DNA of 41,532 bases from Polyangiales bacterium (GTDB taxonomy: Bacteria; Myxococcota_A; Polyangia; Polyangiales; Houyiibacteriaceae). Shown in pieces: positions 1-8,941 of this stretch. Both the position numbers and the translations under genes were made by a program. The stretch covers positions 1-41,532 of the forward strand of contig JBGCFM010000036.1 of NCBI GenBank assembly GCA_045106895.1, written 5' to 3'. Each line of letters begins with the position of its first letter. The first letter of the stretch is position 1. The notes under the pieces are model-generated. The model was not told the DNA's origin. It searched no databases and saw only the letters and a list, made by a program, of their open reading frames with translations.

Positions 1-20
1 GCAGCAGCAGCAGCAGCAGC
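1..20 (+). repeat. (GCA)n microsatellite encoding poly-Ser
   Basis: gcagcagcagcagcagcagc at the window start. Confidence 0.8.
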
Positions 21-299
21 CACAGCCGTAGCAGCGGCACTGGCGACCCCAGCACTGCTGGTGGTGACGATGGCAACCGCGGATACTACACTGTGATGTC
101 GGATGCGGACGAGGCACGTGTTCATTTCGCTAACGTTGCGGGGACCTCGGACTTTCGCGCCATTGCAGCGATGGATGATGGTTCCATCGTCATCGGCGGC
201 CAAGGAACGGGTCCCCTTACCTTTCCAGAAGTCATGCTCGGGGACGACGGCCTCGACGGCTTCATCATGGTGATTCCACCGACTCCGTCGGATCCTTGA
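1..299 (+). CDS. 3' end of a hypothetical protein (beta-propeller-like C-terminus), truncated at the window start
   Basis: The frame of ORF 93..299 stays open back to position 3 (SSSSSSHSRSSGTGDP...). The segment FRAIAAMDDGSIVIGG...DGFIMVI resembles a propeller blade. Confidence 0.5.
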   Translation, partial: SSSSSSHSRSSGTGDPSTAGGDDGNRGYYTVMSDADEARVHFANVAGTSDFRAIAAMDDGSIVIGGQGTGPLTFPEVMLGDDGLDGFIMVIPPTPSDP

Positions 300-321
300 A
301 CCGCGCGTAGGCGAAGCCACC

Positions 322-825
322 ATCGAAGAGCTCATTCGAACATGGCTTAGCGAGCACCAAGACTACGCCCTCGTCGTCGTCCCGCTCATCGCTTTTCTGG
401 AAGCCGCGGTGGGCATTGGTTTGTTCGTGCCGGGGGTGGTTCTTCTGTCTATCAGCACGCTCCTCTACGTCGAGGAGATGGCGACGCTCAGTCAGATTCT
501 GCCGCTGGCGTTCTTTGGCGCTGTGCTCGGAGACCACAGCGGGTACTACTTGGGACGATGGCTGGGTCCGCGCTTTCATCAGACGCACTTTGCGCAAAAG
601 CGCGCGAGGGCGATCGAGAAGACCGAAGCTCTCATCACGAAGTACGGCAACTGGGCTATCGTCTTCGGACGACTCATCACCGCGGCGCGGAGCGTGGTGC
701 CGCTGCTCACGGGCGTCAGCGGAATGACGCGCTCGAAGTACTCCGCCTACGATGTCTTGGCCTGCGCCATCTGGACCGGCGGCCTCGGACTGCTGATCGT
801 CGGCCTCGACAAGCTCTGGGGCTGA
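322..825 (+). CDS. DedA/SNARE-associated family membrane protein
   Basis: Motifs FLEAAVGIGLFVPG, GAVLGDHSGYYLGRW, YGNWAIVFGR and PLLTGVSGM. DedA-like sequence extends in frame upstream of the GTG at 409 to an ATC at 322. Confidence 0.85.
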   Translation: MEELIRTWLSEHQDYALVVVPLIAFLEAAVGIGLFVPGVVLLSISTLLYVEEMATLSQILPLAFFGAVLGDHSGYYLGRWLGPRFHQTHFAQKRARAIEKTEALITKYGNWAIVFGRLITAARSVVPLLTGVSGMTRSKYSAYDVLACAIWTGGLGLLIVGLDKLWG

Positions 826-958
826 GACCCGCTGAGGCGTCCCCAGCATCGGTGAGGCGCAGTCTGATATCCGTGACGCTTGTCGACAGCGTCGCTCTCG
901 CGCGTGTAGCTTGCCGCGCATGGGGAACGATGGAGACAAGAAGCGCGCGCATCGCACG

Positions 959-2284
959 GTGCGCGTATCGCGGGAATGGGCCTTGGCGGGCCTGCTGCTA
1001 TCGGCATCGCTTTCGGGCTGCGGAGGCGAAGAAGCCGAGGCGCCGACGCCGAGCGCCGAGTCCGCGCCTGCGGAAGCGCCCGTAGCGGATGAGCCGGTGG
1101 CGGAAGAGCCTGCGGCGGAAGAGCCTGCGCTTCAGGAAGAGCCCTCTGCGCCCGAAGAGGAGGTGGCGGAGGCAGAGCCTGAAGGCGCTCCGGTGGTGGT
1201 GCCGGGCTATGCGGCGGCCCCGCCGGCCTGCGAAGCAAACCCCGACAGCGCGCCGGCGGAGCCCATCAGTCTCCGAGCCTTGAGCCGCGGCGAACCGGAC
1301 TTTCCGATGGCCGTCTCCGTCAACGCGACATGCGAGCACGACCCGGCGGAGCTCGCCGTGAAGTTCAACGAAGGCGGCCTCCGTGAGCATCGCCGGCGAG
1401 ACTACGTTCAGTCACAGCACTACTTTTCGGAGGCGCTTGTCCTCGACCCGAGTCAGCTGAGCGCGCGCTTCAACTTGGCGTGCGCCATGGCTCGACAAGG
1501 GATGATCGATGAAGCGATCCTTCAGCTTCTAGAGCTGGAGAAGGCCGGACCCGAAGGCGTCGAGTATGCGGGACGAGCGCAGCGCGACCGCGATTTTGGT
1601 GAGTTCCACAATACGCCTGCTTTGGCGGCACTGATTCGGGGCATCCCGCCCGCCATCGAGGCGATCCGCGGAGAGGATACTCGTGTCTCCGAAGGTGAAC
1701 CTGGCGAGGCGGAGGACCAAGACACACTCTTTTTCGTCGAGGGTGAGAAGGTGTGGGAAAACGGCGTGTTGCCGTCGGACGACTTTCAGGGCTTCGTTCT
1801 GACCATGGAGTCTTCGCGGCGGCGCTTTCGATTCTTCAATGATCGACCGTCGGAGGGAGTCCAGGCGGCTCTCGAAGCCATCGGGCTGAAAGCCATGCTC
1901 CGCCATGCGGGGTGGACGCCGAGCATGGGAGACCATTACCTGATCGTTCCGGTATCGAGCCGCGACGAAGACCGTCACACGCTCTATCTCGCCCGTATCC
2001 TCGAAACAGGCGCGCTGGCTCCCCTCGAGTCACCAGACTTGCCCGCAGCCACTTGCGATGAAGGCGTCGAAGTTGTGCGGACGTTTGTCGAGAGCGAAGA
2101 CCACCGGACCTTTGGCTATGTCACGGGTTGCCTCGGCGAAGCGCCTTGGTCCTTTGAACGTTGCCTCTATCACTACGATGAGGACCAAGGGGTCGTTCGG
2201 CGCTGTGGTCACGGGGAAGCGCCGGCGGAAGAGGCGCCGGTCGCGGAAGAGGGCGAGCCCACGGCCGTGAGCGCCGAACCTTAG
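959..2284 (+). CDS. TPR-containing lipoprotein
   Basis: Lipobox LSGC after a hydrophobic stretch (GTG start at 959, ORF open from 911). Acidic A/E/P linker. TPR-like segment YFSEALVLDPSQLSARFNLACAMARQG. Confidence 0.75.
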   Translation: MRVSREWALAGLLLSASLSGCGGEEAEAPTPSAESAPAEAPVADEPVAEEPAAEEPALQEEPSAPEEEVAEAEPEGAPVVVPGYAAAPPACEANPDSAPAEPISLRALSRGEPDFPMAVSVNATCEHDPAELAVKFNEGGLREHRRRDYVQSQHYFSEALVLDPSQLSARFNLACAMARQGMIDEAILQLLELEKAGPEGVEYAGRAQRDRDFGEFHNTPALAALIRGIPPAIEAIRGEDTRVSEGEPGEAEDQDTLFFVEGEKVWENGVLPSDDFQGFVLTMESSRRRFRFFNDRPSEGVQAALEAIGLKAMLRHAGWTPSMGDHYLIVPVSSRDEDRHTLYLARILETGALAPLESPDLPAATCDEGVEVVRTFVESEDHRTFGYVTGCLGEAPWSFERCLYHYDEDQGVVRRCGHGEAPAEEAPVAEEGEPTAVSAEP

Positions 2285-2316
2285 TCCTCCGCCGCGTCGC
2301 TTCCTCGAACGTACGC

Positions 2317-3048
2317 TCAGCAGCTGCCGGCGACGCACATACGGTCGTTGTCGCAGGCTGGGCCATCGCCGCAGCGACACTGGCCCGCGGTGCACCGGTC
2401 GGTGCCTTCGTCGCAGGCCGTTCCACAGAACCCGCAGTTGTTGATGTCTGACGAGATATCGCTGCAGCCGTTGCCACAGCACACTTGGCCTTCGGCACAC
2501 ACGGCGCGGCCAGGAGCCGTGGAGCATTCACACTCGCCGCTCTCCGCGCAGATGTCTCCGCGATCACCGACGTCGGCGCAGCCTGCGCAACACGCGGCGA
2601 CTTCATCGACACGGCCGTTGCAGTCGTTGTCGAGTCCGTCGCAGAGCTCTTCGCGGCCTGGGTAGACTTCCGGTCGCGAGTCATCGCAGTCGCACGTGGT
2701 CAAATCGTCGCCGGCTCGGCAAGCCTCGACGCGGTCGCCATCCGTGTCGCCACAGGAGGTGTCTCGGCCATCGCAGTTTTGGTCGATGCGGTCGCCACAG
2801 ATCTCGATGGTGGGAACACACTCGCCGGTGTCCGTTCCAGGAACGTCAGGCCCTCCCGGTCCGGTGTCACCGCCGCCGGGGCCGGTATCTTCGCCGCCAC
2901 CGTCTTCGGTGACCCCGCCGGAGTCTTCTGTGCCGCCTCCGTCCGTGCTCGCGTCGTCATCCCCGCAGGCGCCGAGAAGCGCGAGGGGCAAGACGAGGCT
3001 CAGAACCAGGGAACGAAAGGGCAAAGAGAGTGTAGGGGTCATGTTCAT
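2317..3048 (-). CDS. Cys-rich lipoprotein with MopE-like putative metal-binding motifs and a Stig1-like repeat
   Basis: Lipobox LGAC. Motifs EICGDRIDQNCDG, DCDDSRPEVYPGREELCDGLDNDCNG and DINNCGFCGTAC. Confidence 0.8.
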   Translation of the reverse strand: MNMTPTLSLPFRSLVLSLVLPLALLGACGDDDASTDGGGTEDSGGVTEDGGGEDTGPGGGDTGPGGPDVPGTDTGECVPTIEICGDRIDQNCDGRDTSCGDTDGDRVEACRAGDDLTTCDCDDSRPEVYPGREELCDGLDNDCNGRVDEVAACCAGCADVGDRGDICAESGECECSTAPGRAVCAEGQVCCGNGCSDISSDINNCGFCGTACDEGTDRCTAGQCRCGDGPACDNDRMCVAGSC

Positions 3049-3063
3049 GGTGGTGCGGAGACG

Positions 3064-4707
3064 TTAGCGACGGCGGCGGAAGACCATCAGCGCCATGCCG
3101 AGGCCGAGGAGGAGCCCGAACGGAGACGGCTCCTGTTGGGAGCCAACGCTGCAGGCACAACCGGAGGGGTCGCCCGCAACGCGCGGACCGGCGTCGGGGT
3201 CAGAGGTGGAGCCGTCGGCGCCAGCTCCGCTGTCGGATGTGGTGGAACCCGCGTCGGAACCGGGTCCCGCGTCGGTGAGTGGGCCGGCGTCGGGTCCGCC
3301 GCTCATCCCGGCGTCTGCGCCCATCGGGATAGGCGAGCACATGCCGGTCATGCAGGCTTGGCCCGTCGGGCAGGTGACGCCGGCGCAGGCGTCGAGGCAC
3401 TCGCCATCGACACAGTAGAAGCCGTCGTCGCAGATCGTGAGGTCACAGCCGGGAGCGATGCAGATGCCGTCGGCGCCGCAGGTCTCGCCGGCTCCGCATT
3501 CGAGTCCGGGGCAAGGGCAGAGGCACATGCCGTCGACGCACACGTAGTCATCGCCGCAAGCGACGAGGTCACATGCTGCAACGCAGTTGCCTCCGAGGCA
3601 CTGCTGCCCGTAGGGGCAGACGACGCCGCTGCATGCTGCCTGGCAGACGCCATCGACGCAGCGCTCCGTTGGGCCACAGCTGACGTCGGCGCAGCTCGTG
3701 TCGACGCAGAAGCCGTCGTCGTTGCAGATCTGGTCGTCGAAACAGCCGCCTTCGAAGCAGGGGTCGACGCAGGCGCCGTTCACGCAGACCGAGAGGCCGG
3801 AGCAGAGGTCCCCGTTGTCGATTTCGCCGTTGCAGTCGTTGTCCAGACCGTCACAGGTCTCAGCACCGGGCGTGTTGGCGGCGGTGCACGAGAGGCTGTC
3901 TCCCGTGCACTGAGTCAGACCTGCTGCGCATACTCCAGGCATGCCTGTGTCACACGCTTCGCCAGCACCCGGGCAGAGCACGGCGCCGCTGCGTACGCTG
4001 AACTGCCAGATGCCTGGTGTTCCAACGTTGGAGTTGGTGCAGAGGTGGTTTGCGATGCCTGCTTCGCGGGAGCCCGCGATCTCGACGAAGTCCATGTTGT
4101 TGCCCGCGTCAAAGCCGGATTGAGCTTCGGTTCCGCCGAACCCGTTTTCCCCGTCCGACGCATCGCCTGTTTCCCAGCCGCACACGTTGAAGCGGAACTC
4201 CACCTCGAAGTCACCGCCGCCGCAGCTCTCGGCGTTGCTGATGACCAGCTGAAAGTCCATGATGAGGTCGTCGTTGGTGTTGTAATAACCGACGTTGTGC
4301 CAGGTCACGACGATCTGCTGCGGTCGAAGCACCCAGGACACTTCGTTTGACGCGGGGTATGCGGCGCCGCGAATGTCGACGTCACCCCAGGAAGGCGCGA
4401 TCATCGGACGGTCCGCGATGGGGAAAGGGTCCGGCGTGTAGGTGCTGACGCCGCCGCTGAAGGTGATGTTGCCGTTGGTGTTGACGTACATCTGAGTGTG
4501 TGTCGTGCCGAAGAAGTTGAGGCCGCCGGGGAACGCGCTGGTGATGTCGATGGGGTCCGACGAGCGGTCATCGTTTGGAGGGAGATGATCCGTACCGTGA
4601 CCGTTGGGTCCACCGAATGTGCTCAAAAGCGGCGCAGCGTGGGCCACCATGGAGCCAGAGAGCGCGAGAGCAAAAGTCGCGGCGGCCAATAACGTACGGT
4701 TCAGCAT
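3064..4707 (-). CDS. NIDO (nidogen-like) domain surface protein with Cys-rich stalk and MYXO-CTERM anchor
   Basis: Signal peptide MLNRTLLAAATFALALSGSMVAHA with GAGG RBS before the ATG at 4707. NIDO-like motifs NDDRSS, FFGTTHTQMYVNTNGNITF, IAPSWGDVD, VVTWHNVGYY, FQLVI and SNVGTPGIWQF. MopE motif ETCDGLDNDCNG. C-terminus GCACSVG...LLLGLGMALMVFRRRR. Confidence 0.85.
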   Translation of the reverse strand: MLNRTLLAAATFALALSGSMVAHAAPLLSTFGGPNGHGTDHLPPNDDRSSDPIDITSAFPGGLNFFGTTHTQMYVNTNGNITFSGGVSTYTPDPFPIADRPMIAPSWGDVDIRGAAYPASNEVSWVLRPQQIVVTWHNVGYYNTNDDLIMDFQLVISNAESCGGGDFEVEFRFNVCGWETGDASDGENGFGGTEAQSGFDAGNNMDFVEIAGSREAGIANHLCTNSNVGTPGIWQFSVRSGAVLCPGAGEACDTGMPGVCAAGLTQCTGDSLSCTAANTPGAETCDGLDNDCNGEIDNGDLCSGLSVCVNGACVDPCFEGGCFDDQICNDDGFCVDTSCADVSCGPTERCVDGVCQAACSGVVCPYGQQCLGGNCVAACDLVACGDDYVCVDGMCLCPCPGLECGAGETCGADGICIAPGCDLTICDDGFYCVDGECLDACAGVTCPTGQACMTGMCSPIPMGADAGMSGGPDAGPLTDAGPGSDAGSTTSDSGAGADGSTSDPDAGPRVAGDPSGCACSVGSQQEPSPFGLLLGLGMALMVFRRRR

Positions 4708-4822
4708 TCGAATCCTCATTCTGGGTTGCCGAGACCTCGGCATCTCCAAGTGTAACAGATGCGGCCGCAGCTCTTCGTACTTTGCGGCCCGGGTCCGGTA
4801 GTCAGATGTTTCGGAGACCCTG

Positions 4823-5059
4823 CTAGAAGCCCAGCTTGCGGCGCAACTTGGTCCACCAGCCCTCGTGCTGCTCATGCGCCGCGAGGAGCTTTCGTGCGCG
4901 GTCCGGGTTTCCGGCGACGAGGAGCTTCTTGAGCTGCACCTGAAGCGGATGCGGCAAGCGTAAGTCCTGCATTAAGTGGATGATTTCGGCGGGCAACTCG
5001 TCGGAATGCTCGGCGGCCGCGATGGCATCGTCGAGTTGTTTGTACGTAGGGGCGCTCAC
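4823..5059 (-). CDS. small hypothetical protein
   Basis: 78-aa ORF with protein-like composition filling the gap between two minus-strand genes. Confidence 0.55.
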   Translation of the reverse strand: MSAPTYKQLDDAIAAAEHSDELPAEIIHLMQDLRLPHPLQVQLKKLLVAGNPDRARKLLAAHEQHEGWWTKLRRKLGF

Positions 5060-5132
5060 TCAGCGAATGCTGTGGTAGAGCGCCGCTGTGTTCAACCCCT
5101 AACCTGGCGTCACGCGCATAGCCTGACGCGGG

Positions 5133-6923
5133 CTACAAGAGAACCGGAGGCGGCACGTACTCCACCTCGAGGTCCAGACCCGTCGGGTACGCGTAAGACG
5201 TGTAGGTTCCGAGCCCGTAGGAAATAGCGCCAAAGGGTTCGTCGGCGCTGAGCCGGTGGGCCCCGCCGTTGATAGGCACGATGGCCCATTCGAACTCGCC
5301 GACGGGCGTCCAAAGAGCGGAGAGCATCGCGCCGTCGAGGTTGACGTTCTGCCCCGGCGAGCGAATCAGGAGCACGAAGTTCTGTCCGTTCGTACCCGCG
5401 TTGTAGCTCGTCGGCGCGACGAAGGGATAGTCCGTTCGGTACTGCGCCGTCGGCGGGAGCACCATCATCGCGGGGTCGCCGCGATCACCGCCGGCGAAGT
5501 CCTGCCCCGGAATGTACTGCGCGACGAGGATGGGGTTGTCTCCCGCGATGACGAAGCCGTCTTCGAGGACGACTTCGTAGAACTCGCCGTCGTTCAACGT
5601 GATGATGCCGCCGGTGGGAGGGGGCGGGTTGATGGTCACGGTGGTTCCGTTGACGGCGGCGAAGATGCGGACGGGGTTGCGGCGCCGTGCGCCGACTTCG
5701 CCCATCGCTGCGCCGACGTACTGAATGCTCCAGGTCTCGATGGGCGGCATCTGGCTCTCGATGTGGTCGCAGGCGGTGAAGCCCGCGGGGATGTTGGAGC
5801 ACTGGGTTCCCGAGAAGACCGCGACGGGCGCGGTAGCTTCGACGCGTGTGCCGCTCAGGTCGCCGCCTTGGAGCGCGACGTGTTGGCCTCTCGTCATGGG
5901 GAACGTTGCGACGGCGCCCGGGGCGATGCCTCCGGGAACGGGGCCGCCTGCGGTCACGCTCGCCGTTGGTCGCACGTTGATCATCGTGTCCTGTGTCGCG
6001 ACGATGCTGACAAAGCCAGGAAGACTCGCCGTCGGCGTGTAGGCGGTCGCTACAAAACTACGCTGGTAGGTGTGGGCCGGGAAAAGCAACGACGCGTCGT
6101 TGGAGAAACTAAAGCCGCCACCAGCGCTGTATTCAAAGGGGTTGAACATGGCCATGGTGATGGGCCTGTCGGACACGACACGCACAGGCATGTCGCTGTA
6201 GCTGCTCGCCGTGGCGGCGGCGGGATTCCAGGGGATGACGATATCCTGCGCCGCGCCTGGCTCGACGGTGTGCGTGGAGAGCATTGCGCCGTTTTGCGTG
6301 AGCGTGACCGTGGCGGCGGAGTCGCCCGTGTTCGCCACCACGACGCGGACATCGAAGCGTGCCCGCCATGTGGCGGGGCCCTCCACCGTCACGCCGTCGA
6401 GATTGGCCGCGCCGTTTGGAAGCACGGGCACCCAGTACTCACATCCGAGGTAGCTGTTGGCGCCTTCGGCTGCGCCGCACTCGTCGTCGCAGTAGCCGTC
6501 GGCGTTGCAGCTCGCTCCCAGCTCGGAGCAGTCCCTTCCGTAGTAGGTGGTGTCGCCGGACTCGTTGCAAATGCGGCTGACGTTTCCGTCGCACGTTCGT
6601 CCGCCGATCTCGCAAATGCCGCAGCCCACTCCGGGGTTGCAGACCTGCGTGCAGACCTCCGGGTTCAGCCGCGTCGTTCCATCGGCGCCACACTCGGAGA
6701 AGGTGTTCCCGTCGCAGATGAGCTCACCCGGCGTGCAGGGTGGAGGCGCGGGGGGTCCCGTGTCGGGGAAGGTCACATCTGTGCCTCGCGCGTCTCGGGT
6801 CGTGGCATCAAGTCCGCCATCTCGTCCGATGGACGGGGGGCGGCTGGGCGAGCATGCGCTCAGCGCGAGAGTGAGCAATAAGCTGCCTGCGAAGTGAAAG
6901 CGAGCGCGTGCGAACGGGTTCAT
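5133..6923 (-). CDS. IgGFc-binding-protein domain lipoprotein
   Basis: Lipobox LSAC and a Cys-rich region. IgGFc_binding-like motifs SYLGCEYW, SNDASLLFP, CDHIESQMPP, GDPAMMVLPP and SYAYPTG. Confidence 0.85.
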   Translation of the reverse strand: MNPFARARFHFAGSLLLTLALSACSPSRPPSIGRDGGLDATTRDARGTDVTFPDTGPPAPPPCTPGELICDGNTFSECGADGTTRLNPEVCTQVCNPGVGCGICEIGGRTCDGNVSRICNESGDTTYYGRDCSELGASCNADGYCDDECGAAEGANSYLGCEYWVPVLPNGAANLDGVTVEGPATWRARFDVRVVVANTGDSAATVTLTQNGAMLSTHTVEPGAAQDIVIPWNPAAATASSYSDMPVRVVSDRPITMAMFNPFEYSAGGGFSFSNDASLLFPAHTYQRSFVATAYTPTASLPGFVSIVATQDTMINVRPTASVTAGGPVPGGIAPGAVATFPMTRGQHVALQGGDLSGTRVEATAPVAVFSGTQCSNIPAGFTACDHIESQMPPIETWSIQYVGAAMGEVGARRRNPVRIFAAVNGTTVTINPPPPTGGIITLNDGEFYEVVLEDGFVIAGDNPILVAQYIPGQDFAGGDRGDPAMMVLPPTAQYRTDYPFVAPTSYNAGTNGQNFVLLIRSPGQNVNLDGAMLSALWTPVGEFEWAIVPINGGAHRLSADEPFGAISYGLGTYTSYAYPTGLDLEVEYVPPPVLL

Positions 6924-7003
6924 GCCCACATCATCCACAGTCCAGGCTTCGAGGCAACTTGTGTTGGCTTTGCGAGCGAGCGTCTTTCACGTAGCTTTGC
7001 GCG

Positions 7004-7642
7004 ATGGCGAAGCCGATGCTGAAGATGAGCGTAGAACGCGAAGTTGCGGAGAGTGACTTCGGCGCCGGCGGAGAGATTATCCTCGACACTGCGTACTTTT
7101 ATGGGGCCCTCGTCGTCGAGGGAGACCTGCACTGCGCGAGCCTGGAGGAGTTGCGCGCGCTCATCGCCTCATCGGTTCGCGGTGACGAGCACCTGAACGC
7201 GGGTCATTCAGCGAACGAAGGCGCGCAGCTCGCGCTCCTTGTTCGCGGGAGCCTGCGCATCGATGCATTCCTGCACGTGGGCGGGTTCACCTCTGCCGAT
7301 CCAAACGACGCGAAGGCGGTTTCGCAGTTCTGTTTCTGCCTGGGCGTCGATGGTCACCTTCGTGCGCCGGGCCTTAGCATTGGCAACTACAGCCACGTCA
7401 ATATCAGCGGCGATATCGACGTTCCTTTTGTGCGCATCGGCGGCTCCGATGGCGCGATGCTTCACTGTGGCGGGACAGCCCGCGTCGGCTACTTCGTCCA
7501 CGACCAAGAGCAATGGCCGATCCGATTCGAGACAGCGCCGGTGGAGTGCAAGACCTACGAGATAAAAGACACCGAAGGGCGGAATCTCCCCGCGCTCGTC
7601 GAGGCCATCGCGCGAGGCGAGTCGCCCCTCAAGGGCGAGTGA
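7004..7642 (+). CDS. hypothetical protein with bactofilin-like beta-helix repeats
   Basis: Recurrent LxVxGxL motifs: LVVEGDL, LLVRGSL, LGVDGHL, VNISGDI. Confidence 0.6.
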   Translation: MAKPMLKMSVEREVAESDFGAGGEIILDTAYFYGALVVEGDLHCASLEELRALIASSVRGDEHLNAGHSANEGAQLALLVRGSLRIDAFLHVGGFTSADPNDAKAVSQFCFCLGVDGHLRAPGLSIGNYSHVNISGDIDVPFVRIGGSDGAMLHCGGTARVGYFVHDQEQWPIRFETAPVECKTYEIKDTEGRNLPALVEAIARGESPLKGE

Positions 7643-7646
7643 TGTA

Positions 7647-8348
7647 CTAGTCCCGCAGTCGCTGTCGTAGCGCTGTTGCGCGCTGGGCGATGTCCGGGTC
7701 GCCGCTGAGGGTGGCGACACGGCGAAGTCGTCCTTGGCGGAGCTCGGTGCTTTTCGGCGCAGGGTCCAGAGCCTCAAGGCGGAGGAGCGCGTCGGCGACA
7801 ACGGACTCATCGTGGCTGACGAGGAGCGCAAAGAGGACGCCGGCGTCGCCGAGAGGGAGCTCGGCGCCAGCGGCTCGAAACTCCGCGAGGGCTTTCTCCA
7901 GGGCGCTCGATGTCGACGCGTCCACGAGGACCGAGAGCAAGGACGGCGCGGCTGGCTTCCGGGTTTCCGGCGGCGCGGTGTGAATCTTGTAGCCGTTCGC
8001 TTCTTCGGTGAAGCCGTAGTAGTACCCCTCGCCGACGATGACCCAGCCGGCGAAATCGCAGATTCGTTCCGCCATCAGCAGCTGCGCTTCAACCTCGTCG
8101 TCTCGGTCTCTGTCGCTTCCGGCGCCGGGCTTGCTCAGGTAGCCGCCGCACGCGTCAAACATGAACTCCTCACACGGCACTTCCACGAAGTGGGTGTCGC
8201 CGTCGGAGTCCACGGAGGTTCCCCAGGACTCGACGAGGCGGACCAGCTCTTTTAGCTCGTCCTGGCTGAGCTTCCGCTCGCCGCGCCAGTCTCCGTGTGG
8301 GTCGAACCCTTTCGCCTTCGGCGGACCAAAATCAATTCCCCAACCCAT
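7647..8348 (-). CDS. hypothetical protein
   Basis: 233-aa ORF with an acidic N-terminal domain and a helical C-terminal domain; convergent with 7004..7642. Confidence 0.6.
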   Translation of the reverse strand: MGWGIDFGPPKAKGFDPHGDWRGERKLSQDELKELVRLVESWGTSVDSDGDTHFVEVPCEEFMFDACGGYLSKPGAGSDRDRDDEVEAQLLMAERICDFAGWVIVGEGYYYGFTEEANGYKIHTAPPETRKPAAPSLLSVLVDASTSSALEKALAEFRAAGAELPLGDAGVLFALLVSHDESVVADALLRLEALDPAPKSTELRQGRLRRVATLSGDPDIAQRATALRQRLRD

Positions 8349-8415
8349 CGTTCACCCTCGCGCGTTCTACGACGTCGCAGAGCGCTTCTTCCCTCGCCGG
8401 GAATGGAGAGCTTCG

Positions 8416-8464
8416 GGCCAAGTGTTGAGCCGGTGGAGCGGGATGCAGTCAGGAATGGACGATG
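8416..8464 (+). repeat. 49-bp dispersed direct repeat, copy 1 (leader of GspG-like gene 1)
   Basis: ggccaagtgttgagc...ggacgATG matches 11173..11221 at 44 of 49 positions. Confidence 0.9.
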
Positions 8465-8917
8465 GGCGGCGACGCACAAGCGGCGAAGGGGCCGCATCGA
8501 TGGAGCTTTGAAGAGATCACCCTCACGGAGAAGCGGGGCTTTGGACAGCTTCGAGAAGTAAGAGGAGCCCTCGAACGCATCGAGTTCACGTGCTTCCTGC
8601 TCTTCGCACTTGGCCTTGCGGGTTGGTGCGTCAGCTCATGGCTTACGCACTTCACCTGTTACGGACCCTCGCATATCAGCAGCACCACGATGGACGCTGC
8701 GACGATTCGGCAGGCGATGGTACTTTTTCGTGCCGAAAAGCCGGAGGCTGGGTGTCCGTCGATGACGCGCCTGCTCGCGGGGGGCTACTTGGACGGGGCG
8801 ATGCGCACGGAAGATGCGTGGGGGAATGACTTCCGTCTCTCCTGCGAGGGCCGCGAAGTCTATGCCGTGAGCGCGGGGCCCGATGGGGAGTTTGGCACCG
8901 ACGACGACATCGAGTAG
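8462..8917 (+). CDS. GspG-like pseudopilin (T2SS protein G C-terminal domain), paralogue 1
   Basis: One hydrophobic helix followed by IRQAMVLFRAE...CPS...DAWGNDFRLSC...VSAGPDGEFGTDDDI. Confidence 0.75.
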   Translation: MGGDAQAAKGPHRWSFEEITLTEKRGFGQLREVRGALERIEFTCFLLFALGLAGWCVSSWLTHFTCYGPSHISSTTMDAATIRQAMVLFRAEKPEAGCPSMTRLLAGGYLDGAMRTEDAWGNDFRLSCEGREVYAVSAGPDGEFGTDDDIE

Positions 8918-8941
8918 CGGATCATCGTCGGGCGCGCGGGC

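Noticed and set aside
2485..4350. 621-aa plus-strand ORF (likewise 5256..6881, 32515..33507, 36897..38060 and 39129..40394)
   Set aside because: Antisense shadows of well-supported genes; long stop-free antisense frames are expected in GC-rich DNA and these show no motifs.
4760..4822. GGGCCGCAAAG and CCGAAA on the minus strand, reminiscent of a c-di-GMP-I riboswitch
   Set aside because: The GAAA is not closed by a stem, and the GGCAAA and P3 receptor elements are not recognisable.
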